A stretch of 64,000 nt of DNA from Calditrichales bacterium. Lineage in GTDB: Bacteria; Calditrichota; Calditrichia; Calditrichales; J004. The stretch spans positions 1,856,141-1,920,140 of the forward strand of contig OZ254086.1 of NCBI GenBank assembly GCA_965267575.1, given 5' to 3'. Position numbers and translations under genes: made by a program. Each line of letters begins with the position of its first letter. Position 1 is the first letter of the stretch. Of the stretch, positions 26,728 through 36,235 are shown in pieces. The notes under the pieces are model-generated. The model was not told the DNA's origin. It ran no database searches and saw only the letters and a program-made list of their open reading frames with translations.

Positions 26728-28257
26728 ATGAAACGGATTCTTGCAATCGTTTTGCTGACCGGATCGCTGTGGGCGCAATCTTCCACCGACTATTTTGCGG
26801 AGGATAAGGAGATCTGGCCGCGCGAAGAGTTTACCTTTATCGGTTATTACTTCATGCGCAGCGAACAGGCCAACATTGCTCCTACCAATGAATTTTTGAA
26901 AGGTCAGGTGGTGGGTCGGTTGTTTGGCGGAAATACCACCAAAACATCGGATCGCACATCGGCCTTTACCGAGCAGCGCTTTATCCCGATCATCGCCTAT
27001 TCGCCCCGGCTATTTGACGGATGGGCCACCATGCGCATGTCTTATGAGTTTGACTGGACCTGGGGTGATGCCAACTATGGCGCCGGCGGCAACTTCGGCG
27101 GCGCTTTCGGTGCGGATTTCGTCAATATGCAGACCCAGAACCTGTTCATCGAATTCCGGCCCGAGCGTAATATTTTTATCAATGCCGGATTAACCCGCCT
27201 TTTTGATAATGTGCGCGTGCCCGCTTACACCTTTACCAGCACGCTGCTCAATACGGGCTACCGGCTTGCATTCTGGGGCTCCGATGCCAGCGGTCTGGCC
27301 GGCCATTATTACGGCGAACGCTATCGTGCCAAGGCCGGTGTCTACCAGCTCTATGAAAACAACGTCGACCAAAACGATGATGTGATATTGCATGAGCTGC
27401 ATGCCGAGTATGATCTCGATATCGTAAACACTATTGGTGCAACGGTGTGGTATTTAAAGGACCGTGCCAATGGCGAGGGTGGTGTTTCCATCCTGGGGCA
27501 GGGACTCAATTCCGGCCTCAGCAACTACAACGGCGTCTATAATTTCAACTTCGGCGCGGAGCCCTATGAAGCGGACATCTTCTGGCTAGGCACGCACTTT
27601 CACGGCAACCCGCTTCTAAACCAGGGTCGTTTTGGGTACAACGGTTTTGCCGTTCTTAACAGCGGCACAGCCAGGTCAGAATCACACGATGTGGATATTA
27701 TGGGTTACGCCGCCAACCTGCGTCTGGCTTATAAGTACGGACGTACCGCCAACGACTATGTAGCTTTGGACGGTATTTTTACCAGCGGGGACAAAAGCAA
27801 CATCGAAGATGGTAAATATACGGGTGTGCTTACCGGCAATAACTGGACGGCACCCGGCGCGGTTTTTATCAGCCACGGATTGTATCTGCTGCTGCCGCAC
27901 GGTAATGTGGTGAACCGTTTCAACGGAGCGGTGATTGACATCCAGAACATCGGCTACGGACTTGCCGGCGGGTCGCTTTCCGCGGCCTACGATATCGTTC
28001 CCAATAAATTCCGTGTTAAACTGGGCGCCGGCGCTGCTGCTTCCAATGTGGCACCGGTCGACGGTGGTACATTGCTGGGCAGCGAGATCAACCTGAATCT
28101 GCTATACAGTCCAAAAGTGTTCATGGATATCGAGTTGCATGCAGCCTACCTGCAGTTGGGCGATTTCTTCGAAAGCCCGGTTGTAAACGGTGGCATCGAC
28201 GGTACGCCGAAAGATCCCTGGACCGTTTTTCTGACCTTTAAATGGATCATGTTTTAA
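26728..28257 (+). CDS. Putative outer-membrane beta-barrel protein
   Basis: Signal peptide (LWAQS), an alternating amphipathic pattern rich in Y/G/N, and a C-terminal aromatic residue (…KWIMF). Confidence 0.6.
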   Translation: MKRILAIVLLTGSLWAQSSTDYFAEDKEIWPREEFTFIGYYFMRSEQANIAPTNEFLKGQVVGRLFGGNTTKTSDRTSAFTEQRFIPIIAYSPRLFDGWATMRMSYEFDWTWGDANYGAGGNFGGAFGADFVNMQTQNLFIEFRPERNIFINAGLTRLFDNVRVPAYTFTSTLLNTGYRLAFWGSDASGLAGHYYGERYRAKAGVYQLYENNVDQNDDVILHELHAEYDLDIVNTIGATVWYLKDRANGEGGVSILGQGLNSGLSNYNGVYNFNFGAEPYEADIFWLGTHFHGNPLLNQGRFGYNGFAVLNSGTARSESHDVDIMGYAANLRLAYKYGRTANDYVALDGIFTSGDKSNIEDGKYTGVLTGNNWTAPGAVFISHGLYLLLPHGNVVNRFNGAVIDIQNIGYGLAGGSLSAAYDIVPNKFRVKLGAGAAASNVAPVDGGTLLGSEINLNLLYSPKVFMDIELHAAYLQLGDFFESPVVNGGIDGTPKDPWTVFLTFKWIMF

Positions 28258-28267
28258 GGAGGGGGCA

Positions 28268-29218
28268 ATGCGAAAAATGTGGATACTTTTTAGCCTGATG
28301 CTGGCGCTTGTTGTGGTCGGCTGCGCAAGCTCCCGCTATTATGACCTGGGAACGGTGCAGTTTGAGGATTTTGACTACGGCTTCGCTGTAAAAAAAGTGG
28401 CTATAAAAAATATTAATGTGGCGTTGATTGATGAAGGTAGCGGAGACGAGACGTTGGTTTTAGTTCACGGACTCGGTACCAACGCCAAAGCCTGGAATCA
28501 GAATATTGCTGCCCTGGCCGAAAGCTTCCGCGTTATCGCGCTGGACCTGCCGGGTTATGGTAAATCCGAGAAAGGCTATTTTATATTCTCAATGGATTTT
28601 CACGCTGAAGTGATTGCCGGAGTTCTGGACGCGTTGAATATAGAAAAGGCTGTGCTCGTGGGTCATTCCATGGGCGGGCAGATTGCCATGACGGCCGCGC
28701 TCAACTATCCCGACAGAGTGAGCAAGCTGGTGCTGATCGCCCCGGCCGGTTTTGAGCGTTTTACGGATGGCGAAGCGGCCTGGTTTAAGAAAGCGGTTAC
28801 GCCCACTTTTGTAAAAGAAACACCGATCCGCAACATTGACGTCAACGTAAAATCCAATTTTTACGAGATGCCTGATGAGGCCGAATTCCTTGTCACCGAG
28901 CGTATCCAAATGCGCAAGGCTGATGATTTTGAACTCTACTGTTACGCCGTGGCCAAAAATGTCGCCGCGATGGTTGACGGGCCTGTCTACGAGCGCCTGG
29001 AAGAGATCACTCAGCCTACGCTGATCATTTTTGGTGAGAACGATGCCCTGATACCCAACCCCTATCTGCATGGCGGCTTTACCGCGGAGATCGGGGCTAT
29101 TGGGCAGGAAAAGATCGACGGCAGCACACTGGTTATGATTCCCGAATGCGGCCACTTGGTGCCTATGGAAAAACCGCATCTTACCAACAGCCTTATAGAA
29201 AACTTTGTAAAAGAATAA
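28268..29218 (+). CDS. Alpha/beta hydrolase lipoprotein (esterase/lipase-like)
   Basis: Lipobox VVGC, an HGLG oxyanion loop, a GHSMGG nucleophile elbow and a C-terminal GH. Confidence 0.8.
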   Translation: MRKMWILFSLMLALVVVGCASSRYYDLGTVQFEDFDYGFAVKKVAIKNINVALIDEGSGDETLVLVHGLGTNAKAWNQNIAALAESFRVIALDLPGYGKSEKGYFIFSMDFHAEVIAGVLDALNIEKAVLVGHSMGGQIAMTAALNYPDRVSKLVLIAPAGFERFTDGEAAWFKKAVTPTFVKETPIRNIDVNVKSNFYEMPDEAEFLVTERIQMRKADDFELYCYAVAKNVAAMVDGPVYERLEEITQPTLIIFGENDALIPNPYLHGGFTAEIGAIGQEKIDGSTLVMIPECGHLVPMEKPHLTNSLIENFVKE

Positions 29219-29246
29219 AAAAAGCCCGTTTCGGCGGGCTTTTAGT
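29214..29246. terminator. Bidirectional Rho-independent terminator
   Basis: A-run, GCCCG-tttcgg-CGGGC, T-run, between convergent genes. Confidence 0.75.
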
Positions 29247-29603
29247 TTAGAAGGGTTTATACACGGCGAGATAGGCGGCAATAAAGCCAAACATCAAAGC
29301 CAGGTACCACCAGATGGTCGATTGTCCGGGATTACGACGGATGATCACAACAAGCGTTCCCAGCACCAGCCAGATGATCAGCTTTACAATAACCCAGCCG
29401 GGAAAACCAATCCCCAGTTTGGCCAGTAGCCCGAAGCCCGCGACAAGCAGAAACAGTAGACCCACGCCATGATTGACCATCAACAGTTTCTTGAAGGTGT
29501 CCGGTGGTGCCTGCATCTGGCTTTTAACGACGGTGCCGCCGATGGAAAGAAATATCAGGAATATCCCGATAAAGTGCAGCATTTTGTAAAATTCGTAAGA
29601 CAT
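29247..29603 (-). CDS. Small integral membrane protein (4 TM, SirB-like)
   Basis: 118 aa with four hydrophobic helices. The family assignment is tentative. Confidence 0.55.
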   Translation of the reverse strand: MSYEFYKMLHFIGIFLIFLSIGGTVVKSQMQAPPDTFKKLLMVNHGVGLLFLLVAGFGLLAKLGIGFPGWVIVKLIIWLVLGTLVVIIRRNPGQSTIWWYLALMFGFIAAYLAVYKPF

Positions 29604-29692
29604 AATTAAGGCTCCGTATTATTGAAACGAATTATGTAACGCGTCATTAATCTTGCGCTTGTGAAACCTGCAATTTATTGGATTTATTTTAA

Positions 29693-30148
29693 ATGTCCCA
29701 AATTTTCGTTCTGAGTGGTCCTACGGGCTCGGGCAAATCGACACGGCTTTTTGGCTGGTTAAAAAAACAGACCTCTGCCGCAGGTGTGTTGCAGCTTGTG
29801 GAAGACGGCAGACGCTGGCTGCTCTCCTGGCCCGATGGGGAAATTCGTCCGTTGGAAGAGTTAAGCCATCCTCATGATGGCCTGATTGTGGGGCGTTTTG
29901 TTTTCAGCCGCGATGCGCTGGCCTGGGGACGGGAAGCGCTACGACAGGCCGCTAACCGGCAGCCGGACTGGCTGGTTATCGACGAAATAGGCAAGCTGGA
30001 GTTGCGCGACCAGGGATTGGAGCCGGAATTGGGCCGCGTTATCAAAAACAATACGGCAAAAAAAGGTCTCATCCTTGTTGTGCGCGATGAATTATTCGAG
30101 AATGTGCTAAAAAAATATGGGATTAAAGAATACAGCGCATTCGAATAG
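29693..30148 (+). CDS. P-loop NTPase (THEP1/DUF2478-like)
   Basis: Walker A GPTGSGKST and Walker B LVIDEIG. Confidence 0.6.
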   Translation: MSQIFVLSGPTGSGKSTRLFGWLKKQTSAAGVLQLVEDGRRWLLSWPDGEIRPLEELSHPHDGLIVGRFVFSRDALAWGREALRQAANRQPDWLVIDEIGKLELRDQGLEPELGRVIKNNTAKKGLILVVRDELFENVLKKYGIKEYSAFE

Positions 30149-30225
30149 GTTAAGCTCTCATCAAGAATTCAAAGCTGTTGCGCGAGATATCATGATAACA
30201 CCGGGACGAAAAGATCCTTAATCTC

Positions 30226-31122
30226 TCATTTCTTTTGTTTTGAAGCATGGGTACGTTCCCGCACAAAAACAATCCCCGTAAAAATAATGATCATACCCAC
30301 CAGCAATTTCCAGGTAACCGGTTCATCCAGTACAAACCAGCCCCAGACTAAAGCCAACGGCGGTGTAACATATGTGATCATTGAGATCATAACGGCTGAC
30401 GTAGTTTTCAGAATCCAGAAGTAGAGCAGGAAGGTTGTAGCCGTTCCGATAATGCCCAGGTAAAACAGCGTAAACAGCGCCATCGGGCTAAAATTTACGG
30501 TGGCATCGGTCTCGAATATAAATGAGAGCATCAGAAAGGAAAGTCCGGCATAAAGCATGGGCAGCGTGTTCAGCATAACCGGGTGGTAGCGGTTTCGCGC
30601 AATTTTTCCCTGTATGGTACCGTAAGCAGAAAAGACCGGGCTTAACAAGACACCAAGCATCGCCCAGTATCCAAGCGGGTGGTCCACGATAAGATGGTCG
30701 CTGAAGATAAGCAAAACACCGCCAAAACCGATGGTGATCCCAAGCATCTTACGCAAAGTAACATTTTCAGCGGGCAGCATTTTTATCGAAAACAGCGCTG
30801 TATAAAACGGCATCACTGAGAACAAAACGCTGGTCAATCCGGAGTTTATATACTGCTCACCCCAGTACACCAGGCCATAGCTGAAAGTAAAGATCATAAA
30901 GCTGAACAAAAACAGAAAGCGGTGTTCGGCCAGGCCTTTGGGAAAAGGCAGACGCATCTTTAAGGCAATCATAAATAAAACCACAAAGGCTAATAGAAAA
31001 CGCAGGCCTGCTGAAAGAAAGGGCGGCATGTAGCCCAGGCCCAGTTTTATCACCAGCCAGGTGCTGCTCCAGATAAGGGACAGGATAACAATGGTGAGAA
31101 CCGCTACGGTGCTTTTTTTCAT
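30226..31122 (-). CDS. EamA/DMT-family transporter
   Basis: 298 aa with 10 TM helices in the duplicated EamA pattern. Confidence 0.8.
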   Translation of the reverse strand: MKKSTVAVLTIVILSLIWSSTWLVIKLGLGYMPPFLSAGLRFLLAFVVLFMIALKMRLPFPKGLAEHRFLFLFSFMIFTFSYGLVYWGEQYINSGLTSVLFSVMPFYTALFSIKMLPAENVTLRKMLGITIGFGGVLLIFSDHLIVDHPLGYWAMLGVLLSPVFSAYGTIQGKIARNRYHPVMLNTLPMLYAGLSFLMLSFIFETDATVNFSPMALFTLFYLGIIGTATTFLLYFWILKTTSAVMISMITYVTPPLALVWGWFVLDEPVTWKLLVGMIIIFTGIVFVRERTHASKQKK

Positions 31123-31169
31123 AATAGTTTATTTTGAAGGAAGAATAAAATTAGCAAAAAGGCGGAAAT

Positions 31170-31200
31170 AAAAAAACCCGCCGTGAAGCGGGTTTTTTTG
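31170..31200. terminator. Rho-independent terminator downstream of the tRNA operon
   Basis: A7-CCCGC-cgtgaa-GCGGG-T7. Confidence 0.8.
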
Positions 31201-31203
31201 ATG

Positions 31204-31276
31204 TACTCCCAAGGGGATTCGAACCCCTGTCGCCGCCGTGAAAGGGCGGTGTCCTAGGCCTCTAGACGATGGGAGC
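31204..31276 (-). tRNA. tRNA-Glu (UUC)
   Basis: Cloverleaf folded by hand. Anticodon loop is CTTTCAC, T-loop is GGTTCGAATCC. Confidence 0.9.
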
Positions 31277-31304
31277 GTTTTTAAAGAGCCTCTTATAATC
31301 GATT

Positions 31305-31380
31305 GGGTGAGTGATGGGATTTGAACCCACGACCCCCAGAGCCACAATCTGGTGCTCTAACCAACTGAGCTACACCCACC
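31305..31380 (-). tRNA. tRNA-His (GUG)
   Basis: Anticodon loop is TTGTGGC. The extra 5' G(-1) opposite C73 is present. Confidence 0.9.
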
Positions 31381-31392
31381 ATATAATTTCTC

Positions 31393-31469
31393 TGGTACGC
31401 CCTGGAGGACTCGAACCTCCGACCGACTGCTTAGAAGGCAGTTGCTCTATCCAGCTGAGCTAAGGGCGC
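31393..31469 (-). tRNA. tRNA-Arg (UCU)
   Basis: Anticodon loop is CTTCTAA. The 3' CCA is encoded. Confidence 0.9.
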
Positions 31470-31477
31470 AGCGTGTG

Positions 31478-31552
31478 TCGGGGTGAGAGGATTCGAACCT
31501 CCGACCCCCTGCTCCCAAGGCAGGTGCGCTAACCAGGCTGCGCCACACCCCG
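31478..31552 (-). tRNA. tRNA-Pro (UGG)
   Basis: Anticodon loop is CTTGGGA. Acceptor stem is CGGGGTG/CACCCCG. Confidence 0.9.
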
Positions 31553-31580
31553 ATAGATGCCTTCAATCTCAAGAGCCGCT

Positions 31581-31609
31581 AATATACAGAGCCCTATAAA
31601 TCATGTCAA
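31581..31609 (-). promoter_or_regulatory. Sigma70-type promoter for the tRNA operon
   Basis: The minus strand reads TTGACA, a 17-nt spacer, then TATATT, about 30 nt upstream of tRNA-Pro. Confidence 0.65.
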
Positions 31610-31625
31610 ACAAAAAAAGCGCTTC

Positions 31626-32216
31626 TTAACCGCCCAAAAAGTCACGGAATTTGCGCAAGGCATCGGCCCGGTGGCTGATGCTGTTTTTTTGTTCCTTTTC
31701 CAACTCGGCAAAGGTTTTGTTTTGTTCCGGCACAATGAATAGCGGATCGTAGCCAAAGCCTTTATCTCCCTGTGTTTCAAAGCCGATGGTGCCGTGGCAG
31801 AGTCCGTAGAATGTGTGCTCTTCTCCGCCGTCCACATAAGCGAGGACGCACTCGAAATAGGCAGCGCGTTTTTCGCCGGATAAGCCTTTCATTTTTTGCA
31901 GCAACAGGGCATTGTTTTGCGCGTCATCCGATTGCGCCCCGGCATAGCGCGCCGAATAAATGCCCGGCTCACCGTTCAGCGCCGGTACCACCAGGCCGGA
32001 GTCATCGGCCAGTACCGCTTTTTTTACACAGGCGTGATAGCTGCGTGCTTTTATCAGTGCATTTTCCTCAAAGGAATCGCCAATCTCTTCCACGTGCAAG
32101 GCAGCGCAGCGAGGAAAAGCGGATAAATCCAAAAGTTGTAAAGAGGGCAGGTCGAGTATCTGTTCAATCTCTTTTAATTTGCCCCTGTTTTTTGTTGCAA
32201 TAATAATTTCTTTCAT
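31626..32216 (-). CDS. rdgB: Non-canonical purine NTP pyrophosphatase RdgB/HAM1
   Basis: MKEIIIATKNRGKLKEI N-terminus and FGYDPLF motif. The 58-codon upstream extension of the ORF was discarded. Confidence 0.85.
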   Translation of the reverse strand: MKEIIIATKNRGKLKEIEQILDLPSLQLLDLSAFPRCAALHVEEIGDSFEENALIKARSYHACVKKAVLADDSGLVVPALNGEPGIYSARYAGAQSDDAQNNALLLQKMKGLSGEKRAAYFECVLAYVDGGEEHTFYGLCHGTIGFETQGDKGFGYDPLFIVPEQNKTFAELEKEQKNSISHRADALRKFRDFLGG

Positions 32217-32234
32217 GTCAGGCCGGGTGTTTGA

Positions 32235-32546
32235 ATGATCAGATCGTTTAAATCGGTGCTTGTTTTTATAAGTTTTTTGCTGATTGTGTTCGTGGCGCAG
32301 CTCGCCTATCTGGACTATGCGCTGGAGAAAAAGCTGGCTGTAATGGAGGCGGAACAATGCCGCAATGTGCGTATTTATGAAGACGTTCAAAATAGCGCCC
32401 GGCTGGTCCGCTTACACTTTTGGAATACCCTCCCCGCGGACGAACTGATGCTCGCCGGTAATGACCTAAAACAACTTCCCCCGCAACAGTTTATTCAGCA
32501 TCTCCCTGGCCCGGAAAATTCGCGCTTTAACGGTACCCAGCGGTAA
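32235..32546 (+). CDS. Possible small membrane protein (uncertain)
   Basis: One clear TM helix. However, its last 80 nt overlap the convergent sigma-factor gene and no family was recognised. Confidence 0.25.
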   Translation: MIRSFKSVLVFISFLLIVFVAQLAYLDYALEKKLAVMEAEQCRNVRIYEDVQNSARLVRLHFWNTLPADELMLAGNDLKQLPPQQFIQHLPGPENSRFNGTQR

Positions 32547-33035
32547 ATCCAAATCTTCCGCAATCTGTTCGTAGCTGTATTCTTTCTGGTGCCTCAATAC
32601 AATCACAATACGGTATTTCTCCGGCAGCTCCTCGATCGCCTCGCGGATGATCTTGCTGCGTTCATCGGCCACCAGGTCGTGTTCCACGTTTGGGTCGGGC
32701 GAAGCATATTCGTGGCGGATCTCATCGTCTTTGTAGCGGATGGTCTCCTCCATCGAATAGGTCTTCAGTTTACGCTTGCGGAAAAAATCGATGCAGTTGT
32801 TGGTGGCGATTTTAAACAGCCATGTGGAGAAAGCGTACTCTTCGTTAAAAGAATGCAGGGAGTTGTAGGCTTTGATGAAGGCTTCCTGCGTCAAGTCTTC
32901 GGCTTCCTGTTTATTGCGTACCATGCGGTAGACAATGCTGAAGACAACGTCTTTGTACATGAGTGTAAGCTGATCGTAAGCCTTGGTGTCCCCTTCTTTG
33001 GCCTTTCTGACTAGTTCGACGTCGTCTCTTTTCAA
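32466..33035 (-). CDS. ECF-type RNA polymerase sigma-70 family factor
   Basis: Region 2 (DLTQEAFIKAY, FSTWLFKIATN) and region 4 (LPEKYR..., GTVKARIFRAR). Confidence 0.9.
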   Translation of the reverse strand: MKRDDVELVRKAKEGDTKAYDQLTLMYKDVVFSIVYRMVRNKQEAEDLTQEAFIKAYNSLHSFNEEYAFSTWLFKIATNNCIDFFRKRKLKTYSMEETIRYKDDEIRHEYASPDPNVEHDLVADERSKIIREAIEELPEKYRIVIVLRHQKEYSYEQIAEDLDLPLGTVKARIFRAREMLNKLLRGKLF

Positions 33036-33139
33036 AATATTTTCCCGGTGTCGCTGTTTTGGCTTAATCGTTTAAATTTAGTAAAATCCTGATATATAAT
33101 TTAAGCAAGTTAAAAGGGCGCAAAAATATTGTCAAGCTT

Positions 33140-34699
33140 ATGCAACGTGTTGTAAATAATGAGCTGATGCGGCGGTTCGACCAAAAAGCCATCGAGCAGG
33201 TTGGAATACCCGGTATTGTGCTGATGGAGAACGCCGGGCGCAACAGCGCGGAAATTATCATCGGGTATTGCCGGGAAAAGGGCATTAAGGATACGATTAT
33301 TCTCTGCGGCAAGGGGAATAACGGCGGCGATGGTTTCGTGATTGCCCGCTACCTGCAGAAAGCCCGGATCCGCACAACCGTTTTTCTCTGCGCGTCGAAG
33401 GATGACATCTCCGGGGATGCCGCCACCAATATGGTAATCGCCGAAAATGCCGGCATAAAGATCAAAGAAATTTCCGATACGAAACAGATCGACCTGCCGC
33501 GTCACCCGTTCCTGGTTGTTGACGCTTTGCTGGGAACCGGCATCAAGGGCGCCGTAAGGGGTTTCCTTGCCGATATAATAGATTGGATTAACGATCAGGA
33601 CGCGCATGTCTGTGCTGTGGACATTCCATCGGGCGCTAACGGCGATACGCTGGAGATGCCCGGTCCGGTTGTTAATGCCGGTTTTACCGTGACCATGGCC
33701 CTGCCAAAGTTGAGCCAGCTTTTCCAGCCCGTCCGCTCCCGCTGCGGAACGCTGCATGTTGTCGATATCGGTTTTCCGCCGGACCACTGCCAAGACTTTA
33801 CACCACAGATACGGCGCGTGATGAACGAAGACGTTGTTTTGCCGGGTCTGCAGGATAACCTTTACAAACAGCAAGCCGGCAAGGTGCTTCTGTTGGGCGG
33901 TTCTTCCGGCATGACCGGGGCGCTGATTTTGGCGGCAAGGGCGGCTACGGTGTGCGGCGCTGGCCTGGTGGTGGCGGCCTGCGCTGAAGAGCTGCAGCCC
34001 ATCCTGGAAAATGCGTTGACCGAACAAATGACACTGGGCCTGCCCGCCGGCACGCAGGGCGCTTTGGGCAAAGAAGCGGTCAAAGTTGTGGAAGAACGTC
34101 TGCAATGGGCCGATTGCATTGTGCTGGGGCCGGGACTGGGCCGTAATGAGGGATCCGTCGCTTTTGTTGAAGGTGTGATCGATCAGGTTCTTAAGCATGA
34201 CAAATGCTGTGTTATCGATGCCGATGCCTTGTTCGTTCTGGGCGAAAACAAATCTCTGCTCAAAAAACTTGACAAAAGATTTATCCTGACGCCGCATGCC
34301 GGCGAGTTTGCCCGGCTGATGTCCGGCGAGGGTGATGATATGGAAAAGCGCCCCTGGCAGGCGCTGGAAGATTTTGGAAAGGGCTGCCAAGCGGTCGTCA
34401 ATTTGAAGGGAGCACCCTCCATGGTCGGACACAAAGAGGCTGGCATTTTTATCAACAGCAGCGGCAACCCGGCACTGGCCAAGGGTGGCAGCGGCGATAC
34501 ACTGGCTGGAATGATCGCGGCATTTTGCGCCGCCGGAATCGACAATGTAGAGGCCGCCTGTTTCGCCAACTATCTGCATGGCCTTGCTGCCGATAACTGG
34601 GTACAAAAACAGGCTGCCCATGCTTTGACGCAGGACGATCTGCTAAAGCAAATAAAAAGGGTGCTAAGTCGCGTTGAACAGAGAGGTAGCACAAAGTGA
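33140..34699 (+). CDS. nnr: Bifunctional NAD(P)H-hydrate epimerase/dehydratase
   Basis: YjeF N-terminal domain (CGKGNNGGDG) and C-terminal carbohydrate-kinase-like domain (GGSGDTLAG). Confidence 0.9.
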   Translation: MQRVVNNELMRRFDQKAIEQVGIPGIVLMENAGRNSAEIIIGYCREKGIKDTIILCGKGNNGGDGFVIARYLQKARIRTTVFLCASKDDISGDAATNMVIAENAGIKIKEISDTKQIDLPRHPFLVVDALLGTGIKGAVRGFLADIIDWINDQDAHVCAVDIPSGANGDTLEMPGPVVNAGFTVTMALPKLSQLFQPVRSRCGTLHVVDIGFPPDHCQDFTPQIRRVMNEDVVLPGLQDNLYKQQAGKVLLLGGSSGMTGALILAARAATVCGAGLVVAACAEELQPILENALTEQMTLGLPAGTQGALGKEAVKVVEERLQWADCIVLGPGLGRNEGSVAFVEGVIDQVLKHDKCCVIDADALFVLGENKSLLKKLDKRFILTPHAGEFARLMSGEGDDMEKRPWQALEDFGKGCQAVVNLKGAPSMVGHKEAGIFINSSGNPALAKGGSGDTLAGMIAAFCAAGIDNVEAACFANYLHGLAADNWVQKQAAHALTQDDLLKQIKRVLSRVEQRGSTK

Positions 34700-35526
34700 A
34701 CACGAATAATATGTTTGAAATGAACCTTGACTGGACCACCAAGGTGATGACCGAATTCATCCGCCAGGAGATGCATAAAATCGGTGTAAAAAAGGGCGTT
34801 TTGGGATTGTCCGGTGGTGTGGATTCGGCGGTGGTGGCCTGTCTGGCGCAGCGTGCCCTCGGCGCGGAAAACGTGCACGGGCTTATCATGCCTTACCGTA
34901 AAAGCAACCCGGACAGCCGGAAACACGCCGAACGGCTGGCAAAGCAACTGGGTATCTCCTACGACGTGATTGATATATCCGAAGAGGTGGATGCCTTTTT
35001 TAAAAAGCGCCCTGATGCCGATGAAGTGCGCCGCGGTAACAAAATGGCGCGCGAACGCATGTGTTGTCTTTACGATTACTCTTCACAAACGGGCGCGCTG
35101 GTACTGGGCACCAGCAACAAAACCGAATTGATGCTGGGCTACGGCACTATTTTTGGCGATATGGCCAGCGCCATTAACCCGATCGGCGATCTTTACAAGG
35201 CCCAGATCTGGATGCTGGCCAAGTATCTTGACGTGCCCCAAGAGATAATCCAAAAAGCGCCTTCCGCAGATCTGTGGCAGGGCCAGACAGACGAAGATGA
35301 ACTGGGTTATACCTACGAAAACATTGACCGGCTGCTCTATTTCATCGTTGATGAACGCCTGCCCGACGAGCTTATCCGCGATGAGGGCTACGGGCAGGAA
35401 ATGATTGATGACATCCGCGCGCGCATCCGGCGCAACCAGTTTAAACGACGCCCCCCGGTGATCGCCAAATTGTCCAACCGCACCATTAACCAGGATTTCC
35501 GCTACTGCCGCGACTGGGGTGTTTAA
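34696..35526 (+). CDS. nadE: Ammonia-dependent NAD+ synthetase
   Basis: LGLSGGVDSAV PP-loop with NadE collinearity. Confidence 0.85.
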   Translation: MNTNNMFEMNLDWTTKVMTEFIRQEMHKIGVKKGVLGLSGGVDSAVVACLAQRALGAENVHGLIMPYRKSNPDSRKHAERLAKQLGISYDVIDISEEVDAFFKKRPDADEVRRGNKMARERMCCLYDYSSQTGALVLGTSNKTELMLGYGTIFGDMASAINPIGDLYKAQIWMLAKYLDVPQEIIQKAPSADLWQGQTDEDELGYTYENIDRLLYFIVDERLPDELIRDEGYGQEMIDDIRARIRRNQFKRRPPVIAKLSNRTINQDFRYCRDWGV

Positions 35527-36217
35527 GTTGGATGAACGCATCGAAAATGCCCTTTATATTGTGGCCACGCCCATCGGCAATCTCGGCGATTTCACATACC
35601 GCGCCGTACATATCCTGAAAAATGTAGACCTGATTGCCGCCGAGGACACGCGCACCAGTTCCGTGCTGCTAAAACATTATGGCATCGGTACAAGCGTGCG
35701 CAGCTATCACAGCCACAACATTAGCCATGAAACGCCACGGCTGGTACAGCAGCTAAAACAAGGCGCGTCGATTGCATTGATCAGCGATGCCGGTACGCCG
35801 GGCATATCGGATCCCGGTTACCACCTTGTAAAAGCCTGTGTGGAAGAGGGCATTCGCGTGATTCCTGTTCCGGGGGCGGCGGCATTTGTGGCGGCGCTTG
35901 TCTCATCCGGTCTCGCTACCCACAGCTTCGTTTTCGAAGGTTTCCTGCCCATAAAAAAAGGGCGCCAGACCAAGATAAAAGCGCTTGCGGAGGAGAGCCG
36001 CACGATCGTCTTTTACGAATCGCCGCACCGTATAGCCAAAACCGCGCGCCAGCTTTGTGAGGCCTGGGGCGACCGGCGCTGTGTTCTTGCCCGCGAGATC
36101 ACAAAAAAGTTTGAAGAACTCCGCTATACTACGCTGCAGCAATTAGCCGAAGAATTAGAACAGCAAAAGGCCAAAGGTGAGATGGTATTGATTATTGAAG
36201 GCTATTCCAAAAAGTGA
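35519..36217 (+). CDS. rsmI: 16S rRNA (cytidine1402-2'-O)-methyltransferase
   Basis: LYIVATPIGNLGD...AEDTR and the SDAGTPGISDPG motif. Confidence 0.9.
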   Translation: MFKLDERIENALYIVATPIGNLGDFTYRAVHILKNVDLIAAEDTRTSSVLLKHYGIGTSVRSYHSHNISHETPRLVQQLKQGASIALISDAGTPGISDPGYHLVKACVEEGIRVIPVPGAAAFVAALVSSGLATHSFVFEGFLPIKKGRQTKIKALAEESRTIVFYESPHRIAKTARQLCEAWGDRRCVLAREITKKFEELRYTTLQQLAEELEQQKAKGEMVLIIEGYSKK

Positions 36218-36235
36218 TTCATTTACAGGTTTATC

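Noticed and set aside
31129-31347. 72-aa minus-strand ORF
   Set aside because: It overlaps tRNA-Glu, tRNA-His and a terminator hairpin.
32217-32390. 58-codon N-terminal extension of rdgB
   Set aside because: RdgB/HAM1 proteins start at the MKxIxxAT motif, which is found at 32216. The extension has no homology features.
33110-34621. 503-aa minus-strand ORF
   Set aside because: It is the antisense shadow of nnr, which carries clear YjeF motifs on the plus strand.
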